A stretch of 64,000 nucleotides of DNA from the human T2T-CHM13v2.0 reference genome, Homo sapiens. Made by a program: the position numbers and the translations under genes. Every line of letters starts with the position of its first letter. The first letter of the stretch is position 1. Shown piece by piece: positions 25,982-38,390 of the stretch. Under the pieces are notes generated by a model, which saw only the letters and a program-made list of their open reading frames with translations, had not been told where the DNA came from and made no database searches. The DNA lies in the NCBI RefSeq assembly GCF_009914755.1, contig NC_060935.1. The stretch is one strand, 5' to 3'.

Positions 25982-27634
25982 CTGGAGAGGAAAGGTGGTC
26001 CTCCCACTTGGGGATGTAAGCTGGGGCTGGAAAACCATTTGGCTGCCTGCTGTGGGATAGTCTCAAGCTGGGGAGGAGGGCTGGGGGATGAGGGCTGGGG
26101 GATGAAGCCACTTCTCCATCTGAAATAAAATCTTGTTGCCCAACTGAATGCAAGGACCTCTTAATCCTAGATGTTTGTTACCCTGGAACCCTGAGGCTGG
26201 GATGACCACATGTTCCAGTTGGCCCAGGATGATACTGGTTTGTGCCTGTTCTTCCAGTGTAATTATTAGCAGCGATCCCATTCATTCTGAGCCATGTCCT
26301 GGTTTGAACAACATATTATCTGGCTACCCTAACCTGAGGTTCCCTTGCCAGCAGCTGGCTCCTTGGTCTGATAGGCCAGGGGTAATCTCATTTCTCTGGG
26401 CTGCTTAAGGATCAAGGTTGCTTCCTGGCTCCTGTCCACTATCTCCAGAACCTCCACTCTCACACACATGCACACACACACACACATCCCCCCACACACA
26501 TCCCTACCCCACATGCCTGGCCTAGCTCACCAGTAAGCTGATTATTTATAATGTGGCAGAAGATAGTTTTAAGATAAAGAAATGGAACTTGGGCCTGATT
26601 GAAACAATGTGTGCTTATCTCTGTCTCGGGAGGAAAGAGTGGTCAGAGAGAGATTACTCAGAAGAGGTTTACTTACTTCCCGGAGACCTCTCCCCCACGC
26701 TTATTTTCAGAATGGGTTTAATATGTGCATTGTGATTTGAGCCAGGCAGGGAGGGAGAAATGGAAGTGATTCACTCTGGCCATGCTGATCTACATGTTAT
26801 TCACTGACATTTTTTTAGCCAGACTTTTAAATGAGCAGTCTTAGAATGATAGGGCTGGCAAAGATTATTAAGATTATTTTAGAGATGAGCTAGTACAACT
26901 TATTCATTTCACAGAGGGGAAAGCTGAGGACCAGAGAGGAGAGGAGGCTTGCTCCACAGTCTTACAGCTTGGAGCCTTGGCTCCCAGCCCCTCCACCCAC
27001 CCTCCATCTCTTGGGTTTCTTCTGGGGGACTCCCTATTCCATGGTAGTGGTTTGAATGTCCACTCATGGGGAAGCGAAGCAAAGACTCTACAAAAAATAC
27101 CCAGAGGCACTTCTGGACAACTAACTTCTCCTCCACACTTCCATGCCTCTGTGAAAGCCACTCCTTCACATGAAATGACATTGCCTGTTTGTACTGAAGA
27201 CAGTTAATTCCTCCAGGGCCTGGACCTATTACTAGTTTCCTGGAGCCTGGACCAGATCTAGGTAGAGGACGGCAGCAAGGCAGAAGAAAAGATGGAAGTT
27301 AGTGCAGCAGCATGGTCACTAACCTGAGCATCCCACTAGACCTTCATTCTCTTACTTCTTTGGGAATGGGGGAAGGAAAAATGGCTACAGTGGAGGTCAC
27401 AGAGTAGAAGAGCCCATCCTCTCCAAAGCCCAACTCTTCTACCTCTATAACCACCCAGGGTGCCATTTCCCCTCAACTAGCCATAATAGCTGACTCTGCT
27501 GAAAAGGCAGAATCATTGTCCCTATCTTTCAGGTTTCTATTTGAATGTCATATCTTCCAGAAAGCCCTCTAAAAGCTAGTTCTTCCTTTACTTTGCTCTC
27601 TAAGTACTTTTCCCACATTCTAATTTATTATTTC

Positions 27635-27900
27635 AGTGAATATTTATTCATCACCCACTATGCACTGTGTTCTATACCATGTACAGGCTCTGTGCTAGAA
27701 GTTGAGGCTACAAAGGCAAATAAGATGCCATCATTATCTTCAAGTTTGCAGTCTTGTGAGAGGGGGGTTGAGGAAGTGGAGACACAGACACTATGACATT
27801 AGACAGTGAAATTAGAAGGCAGCATTGGGAGTTAAGGGAACATCCCCTCCAAGCAAGATTCCTAGGAGAAACAAGACTTGAATTGCATCTTGAAAGGTAA
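27635..27900 (-). mobile_element. L2 fragment
   Basis: gaatatttattcatcacccactatg...ggctctgtgctagaagttgagg. Confidence 0.55.
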
Positions 27901-29359
27901 GCCTGGAGCCTGGGGGTGGGGAATAAAGGTGAAAGTGAAAGACAGGTGCCAAGGCCTTCAGGCACCTGAGTACCTGGTATTCTGTTGCTATTACTTTTCT
28001 CAATATCCCACCACCCTGCCAGCCTGTTAGCTTTGTGGAGACTGCCACGGCTCATTCATTTTCTTATCCCCACAATCCCTTGCCCTTTCCCAAAACTCAT
28101 CACTTCTTTGTTAAATAGAACAGATCAACAATGGCTCTCGCTCAGGGTAAAACAAAGCTTCTTGTCTTCTGGCACAGATGATGTTAGTGTGTGTTACTGA
28201 TCCAGAGAAATCAAGAGAGCCCCCTTGCTGGAGAGCAGGGCAGCTGGGACCAGCCTTAGCCATCAATTAACACTACTGCAAGATCAACACCGAACACTAA
28301 TTTTGCAGACACAAAAAGCACTATTAGAAATTTATTTCCAAATGTTGAGCTCATGTCGCTAATTCTGTTTTAATATTAACTATCTCATTTGGCAATTCTA
28401 TTTCAATAATGAAAAGGTTATCTCTACTGTAAGATAAATAATGAGGAAGACTCACTGGCTTTGACTTGATCATTCAAATTTATGTGTCATTGGAGCTGTA
28501 TTCTCTATTATGACCCAACAAACTGATTAAATATCAGCCAAGCATGAACAATAGCTTGCAGCTCTAATTCCTCCTTCCCATCCCACCTCTGAAAGCCTTT
28601 AAACCCTGGAATGTAAATGCAATTTTTTTTTTCCTGGCATTAAAAAAAACATGAAAAAATTGTATTTTTGACTCTGTTGTCTACTGTTGCTGACAATGTT
28701 CAAACCACTTGGGCCTTATTTCTTGTCTGAGATCAGTGATCTATGGGGAAAGGTGTTTCCTAGTTGGGCAAAGGAATCATGGGGTCAGAGGCTTCTTCCT
28801 CTTCCCCTGAACTGCTCAGTTCAATTCAACCAACATCGCTGAGCACCTACTCTATGTCAAGCCCAGACCTAGACCTAAGGCCCTAAAGAGAATTCCATAG
28901 GGAAAGATAAACAACTGTTGCTGAACACATGCCTTACTCTTTGGAGTCCCCACAGTACCCTCTGCAGCTGCACACCTAATAGAATGCACAGTGTTGAAAT
29001 GCCCTTTCCTGAGTGCTTCAGGGATAGAGGATGTGCCTTATTCATCTTTGCATCCCTGCTGGGCCAGCTCAGAGCCTAGCATACAATAGACACTCAACAA
29101 ATGTTTGGTGGATTTTAACGAATTGCCTGAAATTTTATATACCTTACTGAGTCCTCACAGCCAACCAGAAAGTGACTCTTTATTCTACCCAGCCCTCATC
29201 ACAACTAAACTTGAGGGTTTCTAAGTCTCTTCTCAAGAATATAAGCATCTGAAAGCAGGAGCCATTTACCATTCATTCACGGGTTCTCAGGAAACTTTTG
29301 TTGGATGAATGGCCATGTCTTTTTCAGTGGTTCCTCTTCTATCTAGGACTAGTTTCCTA

Positions 29360-29735
29360 CTGTTTGGGTTCCCTCAGGAGCTAACCCTAAAAAAAGGATT
29401 CAAATGCAAGTAGCATCTGAGAGTAAACTACTTATAGGCAAAGGAGTGGGGATGTGAGATAGGGAAGGGAAGGCCCCTAAGAATGGGTGTGTTGCAGAAT
29501 TGTGCCATCAGATGGTGGGCGGGGGAGCTGGGGTATTTATATGCCTGCCCATCAGTTATTTGTTGGGGGCTGCTTCCAGGGGGTGTTCATACCTTTTCAC
29601 TTCTGATCTGCTCCATGTATGGGCAAAGCTGCCTTTAGAGGCCAGAAAGAGCTTCAGGAGAAGAAAGTAGACTTGGAAGTTGGGCTGGCTGTACTGAAAT
29701 GGTCATAGGGTATAAATGGGGTGCCCACTGCCACA
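29360..29735 (-). mobile_element. ERVL-class solo LTR (LTR16/LTR33-like, subfamily uncertain)
   Basis: tgtttgggttccctcagg...gtgagatagggaagggaagg...ctggggtatttatatg. Confidence 0.6.
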
Positions 29736-30149
29736 GCTGCAGGTGAGTAATTGTGATCACATGATGATGTGGGATGCCTCCAGAACATTCAAAGGGAAAG
29801 TGAGACACTCATAGGTCTGGAGGTTAGATAAGAGGACATCAGAGATTCCTTACAGTACTAACATTCTAGAATGCCATGACTTCAGCATACTGGCTTTTAA
29901 AGTACAAATCACCTTCAGAAGAAAATCCCTTTGTCTTTGGGTTGAGCAAGTAAAAGACCCAGGGAGAGGTGTGTGTGTGGCATGAGGGTGGCAGAGGATA
30001 CGCAGACAATTTGGCTCAATCGTGCTGTCTCTAGAGAAACCAAGGGACATTGATGGTGAGATAACCCATAGTCATGGAGAGATGGATGGCTTAAGTCCTA
30101 ACATAAGCGTTAGGGAGGTCCAATCACCTTGCTGGCCTCCACCAAATAA

Positions 30150-30340
30150 TCTGATGCTTTACCGACCACCTATTTCACATCAGGCACTGTGTTTCACTCT
30201 TCACATATATGAATTTGTATTATTTAATCTTCACAGCAACCTTGGAAGATGTTATAAAGATACCATTTTGCAGATGATGAAACTGAGGTTCAGAGAGGCC
30301 CAATAGTCGACACAAAACCAAGGTGGGAATGTGAATCTGT
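30150..30340 (-). mobile_element. MIR SINE
   Basis: tttaatcttcacagcaacc...ccattttgcagatgatgaaactgaggttcagagagg. Confidence 0.8.
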
Positions 30341-30727
30341 TTTTCATTCCGTGACCCTGTGGTGCCCTTCTCTACAGCTGTTCATCCACAGACCTTCAAA
30401 GGATGTGCCACCAGTCTCAGCTATGCAGTAAACAGTCCCGGCAAAGGATCTTTGTGCAGATTTGTGATTAAAGGCAAACAAGATAATGAGTCCCAGGACC
30501 AGGGGAGAGCAGTCCGCACTCTCATGCATTCCTCAATTCACATGGCCCTGGAAACCTTTCAGTGTGGCAGTGGCTGTGGCAATCACTCTGCCAACTGCAG
30601 AATAAAGGGTCCTGTCTGGAAATGCAATTATTTCCAAATAAAAGGTTTTTAAAAGACACACACGATAGCATTTTTGGTTTTCAGAAACTGATATACCAAA
30701 TAAGGACAAAAATTAACTTTGTAAAAA

Positions 30728-30858
30728 ATGAAGATGATGAAGACAATGAAGAGATGGTGATGATGATGATGGATGAAGATTGTGGTGATAAGCATGATGA
30801 ATATATTGAGAAGGTGAAGATGATGAAGATGAAGATGGTGATGATGATGGTAGCAGCA
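30728..30858. repeat. Degenerate (GAT/GAA)n trinucleotide repeat at a MIR tail
   Basis: gaagatgatgaagac...gatggtgatgatgatgg. Confidence 0.85.
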
Positions 30859-30859
30859 A

Positions 30860-31105
30860 CCACCATTTTCTGAGCACATAAATGTGCCACTCACTATGTT
30901 GGCTACTCTATAGACATTATCTCTAATTATTACAATAACCCTGTAAGACAAAGTTTAGCACCTCCATTTAACACATGAGAAACTGAAGCTCAGAGAAGTG
31001 AAGTAACCTGCCTGAGGTCACAACCTTAGGCATGAAAAAGGATTGACAGAGATTACTGCTTGAATTATTACTCCAAATCCTGTGCCTCTAACCACTAACA
31101 TAACC
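30860..31105 (-). mobile_element. MIR SINE
   Basis: gagaaactgaagctcagagaagtgaagtaacctgcctgaggtcaca. Confidence 0.8.
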
Positions 31106-31243
31106 ACTTCATTTGTTTACTCCTTCATTTATTTAAAAAATTTATTCATCTATTGAATGAATGTTTACTTGGTCTCAGATATACCTATGATACCTGCTAG
31201 ACCTTCCTAATCCCCATTTGTCAAGAAAATGCCACCACCCTCA

Positions 31244-31645
<402 letters not shown>

Positions 31646-33169
31646 TCAGCTCCTATAAGCTAATGACAATTATCTGCTTCACTGTTAATTAATGTGGCAG
31701 TAAAAAGCTACATAGTAATTGGTTGATAAAGAGAAGCGTGTGCTCTAGGCAGAGGGCCCAGTGGACCAGGGTGGGTGGATACCAGGAAGAGCTCCTGAAG
31801 GCTCTTAGTGCTGGGCCAATACTGGGGAACAAACATGGCTGGACAGTTGGGCAGTACTCACTACCTGGCTATTCCCTGATGTGGCTTGATAGGCAGGGGT
31901 GGGCCTCATTCTTTGGCATTTACTAAGTGCCACTACCAGATACGATGGCACCTACCACGAAAGAAACATTAAGCATTGCTAGAACTATTTCACAGTTCAG
32001 AGAAGTTAAATAACTTCTTTAAGGTCATTCAGTTAGAAAGTAGGGGAATTAAGATTCAACCTGATCTATGAGGTTTGTAAGTTTTCCCTTAGAGTTGCCA
32101 TAAATAGAGATATCCTTCCCATCCCCTGTGTAGTGGGAAGGACGAAGACAATGAACGACTTGGAGAAAGTTTGGAAAAGGTCTGGTGGCCAGGGTACCTG
32201 GCCCAGTTCCACCACTGACTTAGAATGTCCACCTGCCTGTAACACCTCTGTTGGCTGTGCCTCAGGATCTTTACCTAGAATGAAAAGTGATTGGCCTGTG
32301 GTCTGTCTCAGTTCCATTCCAGCCTCCCTAGACTTCCAAGACCCTGGTTTACAGTTTGCTCAACTATTCTTTAACACATCTGATCATGAGAACTACTCTA
32401 GCAGAGAGGGGGGGCAGCATGGGTTGTTTATGTACTTTACATGGAAGGACTTATGATATTCTAAAGCTATTCACATCCAAGAAAACACATCTCTGGAGTA
32501 AGCATGTAACTCAATGGAAAAGTCAGATTTAATATATAGAAAATTGGTTTACACCATAAAATCAGATATATGGCCTTGTACTCTCTCATTCCCTGCCTAG
32601 ATCATCTGTGTACATTTTTTTCTCCTCAATAAGAAGGTGAGTGGATTGAGAGTATTGCTTCTTTTGCATCCTCCATAGACTCTAGCATACCCCTGGGCAT
32701 GGAAAGGGATTGACACACATTGTTGCTTGAATTATTACAAAGAGTAATGTTTCAGCTCGTGTGTATGGTGCCTTTATGTATTACTGCAGAGTTCACCTTG
32801 AGCAATACTGAGAATACTATCCTCATTTTCTACAGAAGGAAATGAGGGCTCAGAGGAGCCAAACAGTTTGGCCAAGGGCCACACACCAGAAAGCAATGGG
32901 TCTAGGCCTCTTGATTCTTACCCGGGGCTCTTGTCACCAGCATCTTAGAGAGAGACCAATTCCTCCCTCAGAAGAAGGGGGAAGATGTTAGGATATGCCT
33001 CTCTTGAAGACAGCAACATCCCTTGAAAAACCTGCCGGAGGCAGCATTTTGAGAATTGGCATGCTCCTTTGGGAACCCCTGGAGGATGCCAGGGGAGGAA
33101 GGAAAGGGATGGGGAGACTCTTCCAGTTCAAAGAACCCCCACTTCTTGCCATAAGATTTGGCTAAGTAC

Positions 33170-33320
33170 CCCTCTGTCTCTCACACTAGCCTGAGAATTC
33201 CCTGAGACAGGGTAGGGGTCATATTCATGTCTATTTCCCCTACCCCTATCACATCCAGGAAGACTTGGCATAACACTGGAATGAATGAATGAATGAATGA
33301 ATGAATGAATGAATGAGTGA
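33170..33320 (+). mobile_element. L2 3' end with (GAAT)n tail
   Basis: ttcatgtctatttcccc...acttggcata then ~9 GAAT units at 33279-33314. Confidence 0.75.
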
Positions 33321-35859
33321 TTCAGTCTGCCAGAAGGGGACATCTAGAGGCTTTCACATAGGTGTGGCCTAACAGGCCCTAAGGACGGTTCTGCGCTTTT
33401 TAATAATAATTAATAATAATAGACATCCCCCTAGCTCCGTGAAGTTTTGTAAACACTTCTGTAGGACAAGGATTATCATCTCAGTTTGGGAGATTTGCCC
33501 AAGGCCACGGAGACAGCATAAGTAGCTATCATTTAATGAGCTTCCTGGTAATAGCTCATTTAGCCTTTGGCAAGGATAGATACTCTGTGGTAGGTATTAT
33601 TATTATCTCTATTCTCTGGATGAGGAAACTGAGGTTGCAGAAAGTAGCCTGTGTAAGGTCCCATGGGCAGTCATTTTATGTAAAGCCAAAAGGATCTGGC
33701 TCCCCAGTGTGGGCATTTGCTCTTTACGGCTAATCTGCCTGAATCAACATTCCTGAAGCTTGGAGTGGGATGTCCTAATGAGGTGCTGTCAGGCTGACAA
33801 CTCTCTGCTGAATGGAGGCTAATTGGGAATTTTACAGGAACAACAGGAACAAACCCGATCTCTCTCGATTACAATGAATGTGAATCTGTGTGTGTGCTAC
33901 GGGGCTGGCTCCGGGACACATGCACTCTGCTTGTGAGTGTATGTGGGGGAGTGTTGTGTATGCATGTCTACTTGTCTTCCCTGAGGAAAAAAATACAACA
34001 GACCCATCCAGTTCTCTTTTCTTAAATATTTCTAGATGCTGTAAGCCTTCGATTCTCTGTGCTCCAACGAGGGCAACGATGTCAGTGATCACAGCATGTG
34101 TGAGCAGGATTCAGGGCAGTGCCTGGCCAGGTGTGAACACGAGGGCAAATGTCCCAGTTCTGAAAGGAATTACAGGTGGTACAGTCGATTTTGTTATGTA
34201 TAACATTCATTAAGGGTATTCTACCAGTCCTACATGACCCTGGGTGTGAGGCCAGAAATAGTTAAAAATGTAACAGTGATTACAGTAAAACCAACTTGAA
34301 AGGGTTGTTCAACCAGGCACTGTTATCTCAGGGAGAAACAAAAGCAAACGTGTGCAGATGGAATTCAAGGCAGAGCTCTTTCTGACAGTGATCAGGTAGC
34401 AGGGAACTAACAATTGCCCAAGGAAGCGAGTGGAAGGAAGGCTTAACAAGAGCGCCATGGACACAGTGCATAGGACTATTTTCTACCAAAGGCATCTGGT
34501 AGGAAAAGGAATTGAGCAGGGAGGACATCTTCCAGCCCTTCAAAGTCAAACTTTGGAGAGATCAGACGTCCTAGAACCTAATCAGTGGTGTTAGAAGTAG
34601 TACTTTTAGTGCTTTTTTGAATATCTACTTTGGGTCAGGCACTGTTGGGTCCTTTCTATGAATTACTTCAGCTACTTCTCACAGCAACCAAGAAAGGGTA
34701 TTATTAGTCCAGCTTCGCAGAGAAGGGATTCAATCACTCCTTGTTAGGTTGAATGAAGTACTGGGTGGTCTGATCCCCAAACCTTACAGAGTGGCTTCCT
34801 TCACAAAATGAATTAATCAAGATGATCACGCAGCAGAAAAGCCAGCTTCTTGGACTCTGGTAAAAGGGCAAAACAAATAAATTTCCTGGGATCCTTCCAT
34901 CCAAACAACCCTGTGCAAAGCTGGCCACTCTATATAGATTCTAACAGAGAGAGAGAGAGAGTTCATGTGAGTAAGTGAGTGGGCTAGGGAGGCAGTGAGA
35001 TCTGTGAATCAGTATCCTGGGTGTTCTAATACTTCCTACTGAGTTCCTACACACTCCCATGTGTAATTTAAGGGGTTAAGTGCTGAGCGTGGAGGCAGAG
35101 AAGAAGTAAATGTGGGTTGAACAAGAGACTTAAACTTGGAATTATCCAGACTTAAAAGTTCTAAAAAGGAATGCTGTAAAATTTAGGGGAAGAGGATAGG
35201 GCAGAAAATGCTTCTAACAGTAGGTTTGTGGTTTGTGGCTTCCCTTCTGAAACCACAGAGGGCTAGCACTTCAACCCAAATTAGAGCCCAAAGATTCACG
35301 CAGTCACCAAGTTTCTGACCTGGTAGAGTCTTAGAGATCCTAAGTCCTGATTCCCATCTATATTTCTAAATGAGGCTGAAATTGGGGAATGTGGACTTTC
35401 CCTGGATCACACAACTCTTCTGTGGCAGAGCCAGGATAAGATGCTCTTTGAGTCAAAGTCTAGTAGTTTTTGGCTGAGAGCGATGTAGGTTAGGTGGCCA
35501 CAGGGCCTAGACCCTAGCAGACCATCCTTTGTCACTGTGCCAGAAACTGGCATTCTCAGCTGCATCCTTAGTTTCCTGCCTTCCCAAAAGCTCTGAGCAG
35601 CTGAGATTTGTGCATTGGTGCAAATGATTTTTTCCTTTGCTCAGTCTTGTTCAACACAGTCACCTCCTCTCGAATCCATATCTCTCATTTCCTTGGACAT
35701 TTCTTCTCTGGCCTTCTGTGAACACCAGCCAGCTTAGGGCTTTCCATAGGAGACATATTTCATTCAGGCATTCCCTGAAAAGTGTTCACCAGAGACCTGT
35801 CAAGACTCCACAATAGCTAGACCTATCTGTTCAGCTGGTGCCTGTTGGGCTACAGGCAT

Positions 35860-36020
35860 GTGTTAGATTCTTAACACCGACTGAGCCTCAATTCAGCCCC
35901 CTAACACGCTTGCAATGTAGGTACTATGAAGCCCATTTTACAGGTTAGGAAACTGAAGCTCAGTTGGGTTCACTCACAGGAAGGTCATAAAGCTAGCACA
36001 TGGAAGAACCTCAAATAAAC
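35860..36020 (-). mobile_element. MIR SINE
   Basis: cccattttacaggttaggaaactgaagctcag. Confidence 0.7.
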
Positions 36021-36029
36021 CCTGAGAAG

Positions 36030-36270
36030 CCATAGATTGTAGTGGTTAAAGGTCTGTTAGGCCAGACAGTATGGATTTGAAACCCAACTCTGCCACTGTG
36101 TGACTATGTGACCCTTGGCAAGTTGCTTAAGTTTCCTGTACCTCAGTTTCCTCACTTGTGAAGTGGGGATAAGTAACAGAGCAGTTGTAAAGATTTAGGG
36201 AGAAGATAAATATAAAGCACTGAAAACACTGTAAGAGCCCAATAAATATGAGTTGCCATTATTATTATAT
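36030..36270 (+). mobile_element. MIR SINE
   Basis: gtagtggttaaagg...ctctgccact...cctcagtttcctcacttgtgaagtggggataa. Confidence 0.8.
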
Positions 36271-36330
36271 TATCTCAAGACTATGTATTTTCCACTGTTT
36301 AATGCTGCTCAAACCCATCTGAAGTATGCT

Positions 36331-36762
36331 TGTCCTAGGTCAGGTTCCCTGGGAAATAAACTCTGAAATGGAGATTTGCTAGCAGGAGGCTTCTTGCTCT
36401 CATGAGCAACCCCTGTAAGGGAGGGAGAAAAGCAGAACTGGGCAGAGGGAGAACTTGAGCTACAATGCGGCTGCAACACAGGCCTCAGCCAATCTTTTCA
36501 AGAGCTCTGGAGCTGGGCTGGCCTTTCAGAGTTGTCTCAAATTGGGTCAAGAAGGTTGGGTCTTTGTAATCCTCACTCCTACTCCCACCTTTCACATGGA
36601 GGACTCACTGGTGACAAGCTGCCTCCAGGGATGGGTCTTAACCTTGGGCTGGGCAAGGCAGCTCCTTTCAGGGGAAGACAATTCTCAGAGAATGAAGTAG
36701 CTGTGGGCTGTGAACTGCTGGTCTTGGGTAGAATCTGGGTGATACACCACAGCATCCACTAT
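36331..36762 (-). mobile_element. ERVL-class solo LTR (LTR16/LTR33-like)
   Basis: tgtcctaggtcaggttccctggg...ctgggcagagggagaa...ggcctcagccaatc...agctctggagctggg. Confidence 0.7.
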
Positions 36763-36839
36763 AATCCTGAATAGCAGAAGGGTAGGTATTACCCACTCTC
36801 CAAGGCAAGGTTGGTGTTAGTATAGTTGCAAAGATATTG

Positions 36840-36985
36840 TGTGGGGCACTAGTTAACATGCAATTTTTTGAGTTCAATTTTAGAAGTATTGTTAGTCATA
36901 ATCTCTGGGTAGAAGGCTCAGGACTCTGAGTTTAACAAGCACACTAAGTGGTATGTGTACACCATTAAGATTGAGAACCAGTGCC
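36840..36985. mobile_element. MER5-type hAT-Charlie MITE, degraded
   Basis: gttaacatgcaatt...tttaacaagcac...ttgagaaccagtg terminus. Confidence 0.55.
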
Positions 36986-38179
36986 CTAAAGAGTCTTGAG
37001 AAATTGGCCATAAGTGGTCATTTCAATAAATTCTCATCTTAAGAATTTACTCACATTTTGCATCCTTTCAAAATATATTTTTTAATACAAAAATATTTTT
37101 CCCCTCGCATCTTCAGAAATACAGGCCATCGTTACCTCTCTGTCAATCTCTGCACAGGCCAGAGAATACTCTCATCGCAGTTTGAGAAGGCTGGCTGCCT
37201 CTTTTTGACTATCTTTACTATCTGCTGGGGATGCAAACAAAGTAAGATCCAGCCTCTGCTCTTAAGGAGCTCAAAGTCTAGCGGAGAGCTAATACACAAG
37301 GCATCTTCCAGAACTGCAATCTTTCCCCTGGCCTCCTCCGCCTGCTAGATTCACCTGCTTTCAAATTTGTTTTCTGGGAGCCGAATAACCAATGCTCTTA
37401 TGGAGTTAGCAAATTTGTTTTTCCCAGGACTGCCACCTCCCCACCCTCAATCAATTTCTTTGTGTCTGAGGGCAGTGTATGGCTGGTTTAGTTTCTCCTG
37501 TGTCCATGTTCTCTACTTTCTGAATCATTAAATCATTCTCGTCCAAATACAGCAATCTATTTCATCTTAGAAGCTTGGCTGTCTTGGAAACTCAAGAGCC
37601 CCTGGGGGAGTGGAAGGCCCAAGAGAACTGAGTGATTTAGAACTCCTCAAAACCAGGCCTCAACATTTCTCAGTCTCATTCCCAGAGGGGCCTTCGCAGT
37701 TGGAATCTTAATTCAGAAAGTGCCTTCCAAGTTGGAAGGCAAAAGAAACACGGGGAGGGCATAAAACGGGACAAGAGTGACTTGGTATTTGTGACAAGTA
37801 GCTTTCTCTATCCAGGTGGGCTCTTCTCCAGGAAGCCCTATTAATAACATATTCACTTCGGTAACAGCTTTTATTTTGAGAAATCCCCGGGTCCTTTATG
37901 GGGAGAAATCATATCACCTGACAATGAACTTGATCTGCTGAACAGGGTAAGTTAACAGCTGTTAAACAGCTGCACTGCTCTAGCCCAGGGAAAGGGAGGT
38001 TTAGGGCCTTGAAAGGATCTAGGGAAAGGTAATAGGCAGAACCCCACCCGGTTCAATGGGAGGCAATCGGAATCCGCCCTGGATTAAAAGCAAGATTCCT
38101 GTCTACTTTTCATTCGGCAATCAGGCATGTAATCAGAGGAAGAGACTAGGAAGCTGAGAGGAACTTGGGGCCAGAGCTG

Positions 38180-38390
38180 GTGTTGACTGAGCTTTTCATG
38201 TACCAGGTACTGTGCTAAGCCACTTACATGGATTATTTGATTCCTCACACTGATGGGAGGATGTAGCTTTGATATTATCCTCATATATATAAAGGGAAAT
38301 TGAGCCTCGAAGAAGTGAAGGGACCAGCTCAGGTTTACCTGGTGGGTAAGGGGAGCCCAGGTTGGGTTCCCAAGTCCTCACTTGAAATCA
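38180..38390 (-). mobile_element. MIR SINE
   Basis: gtaccaggtactgtgctaagc...attcctcaca...gaaattgag. Confidence 0.65.

Noticed and set aside
30562-30951. Poly-His and Asp/Met-rich ORFs
   Set aside because: Translations of a degenerate (GAT)n microsatellite at a MIR tail.
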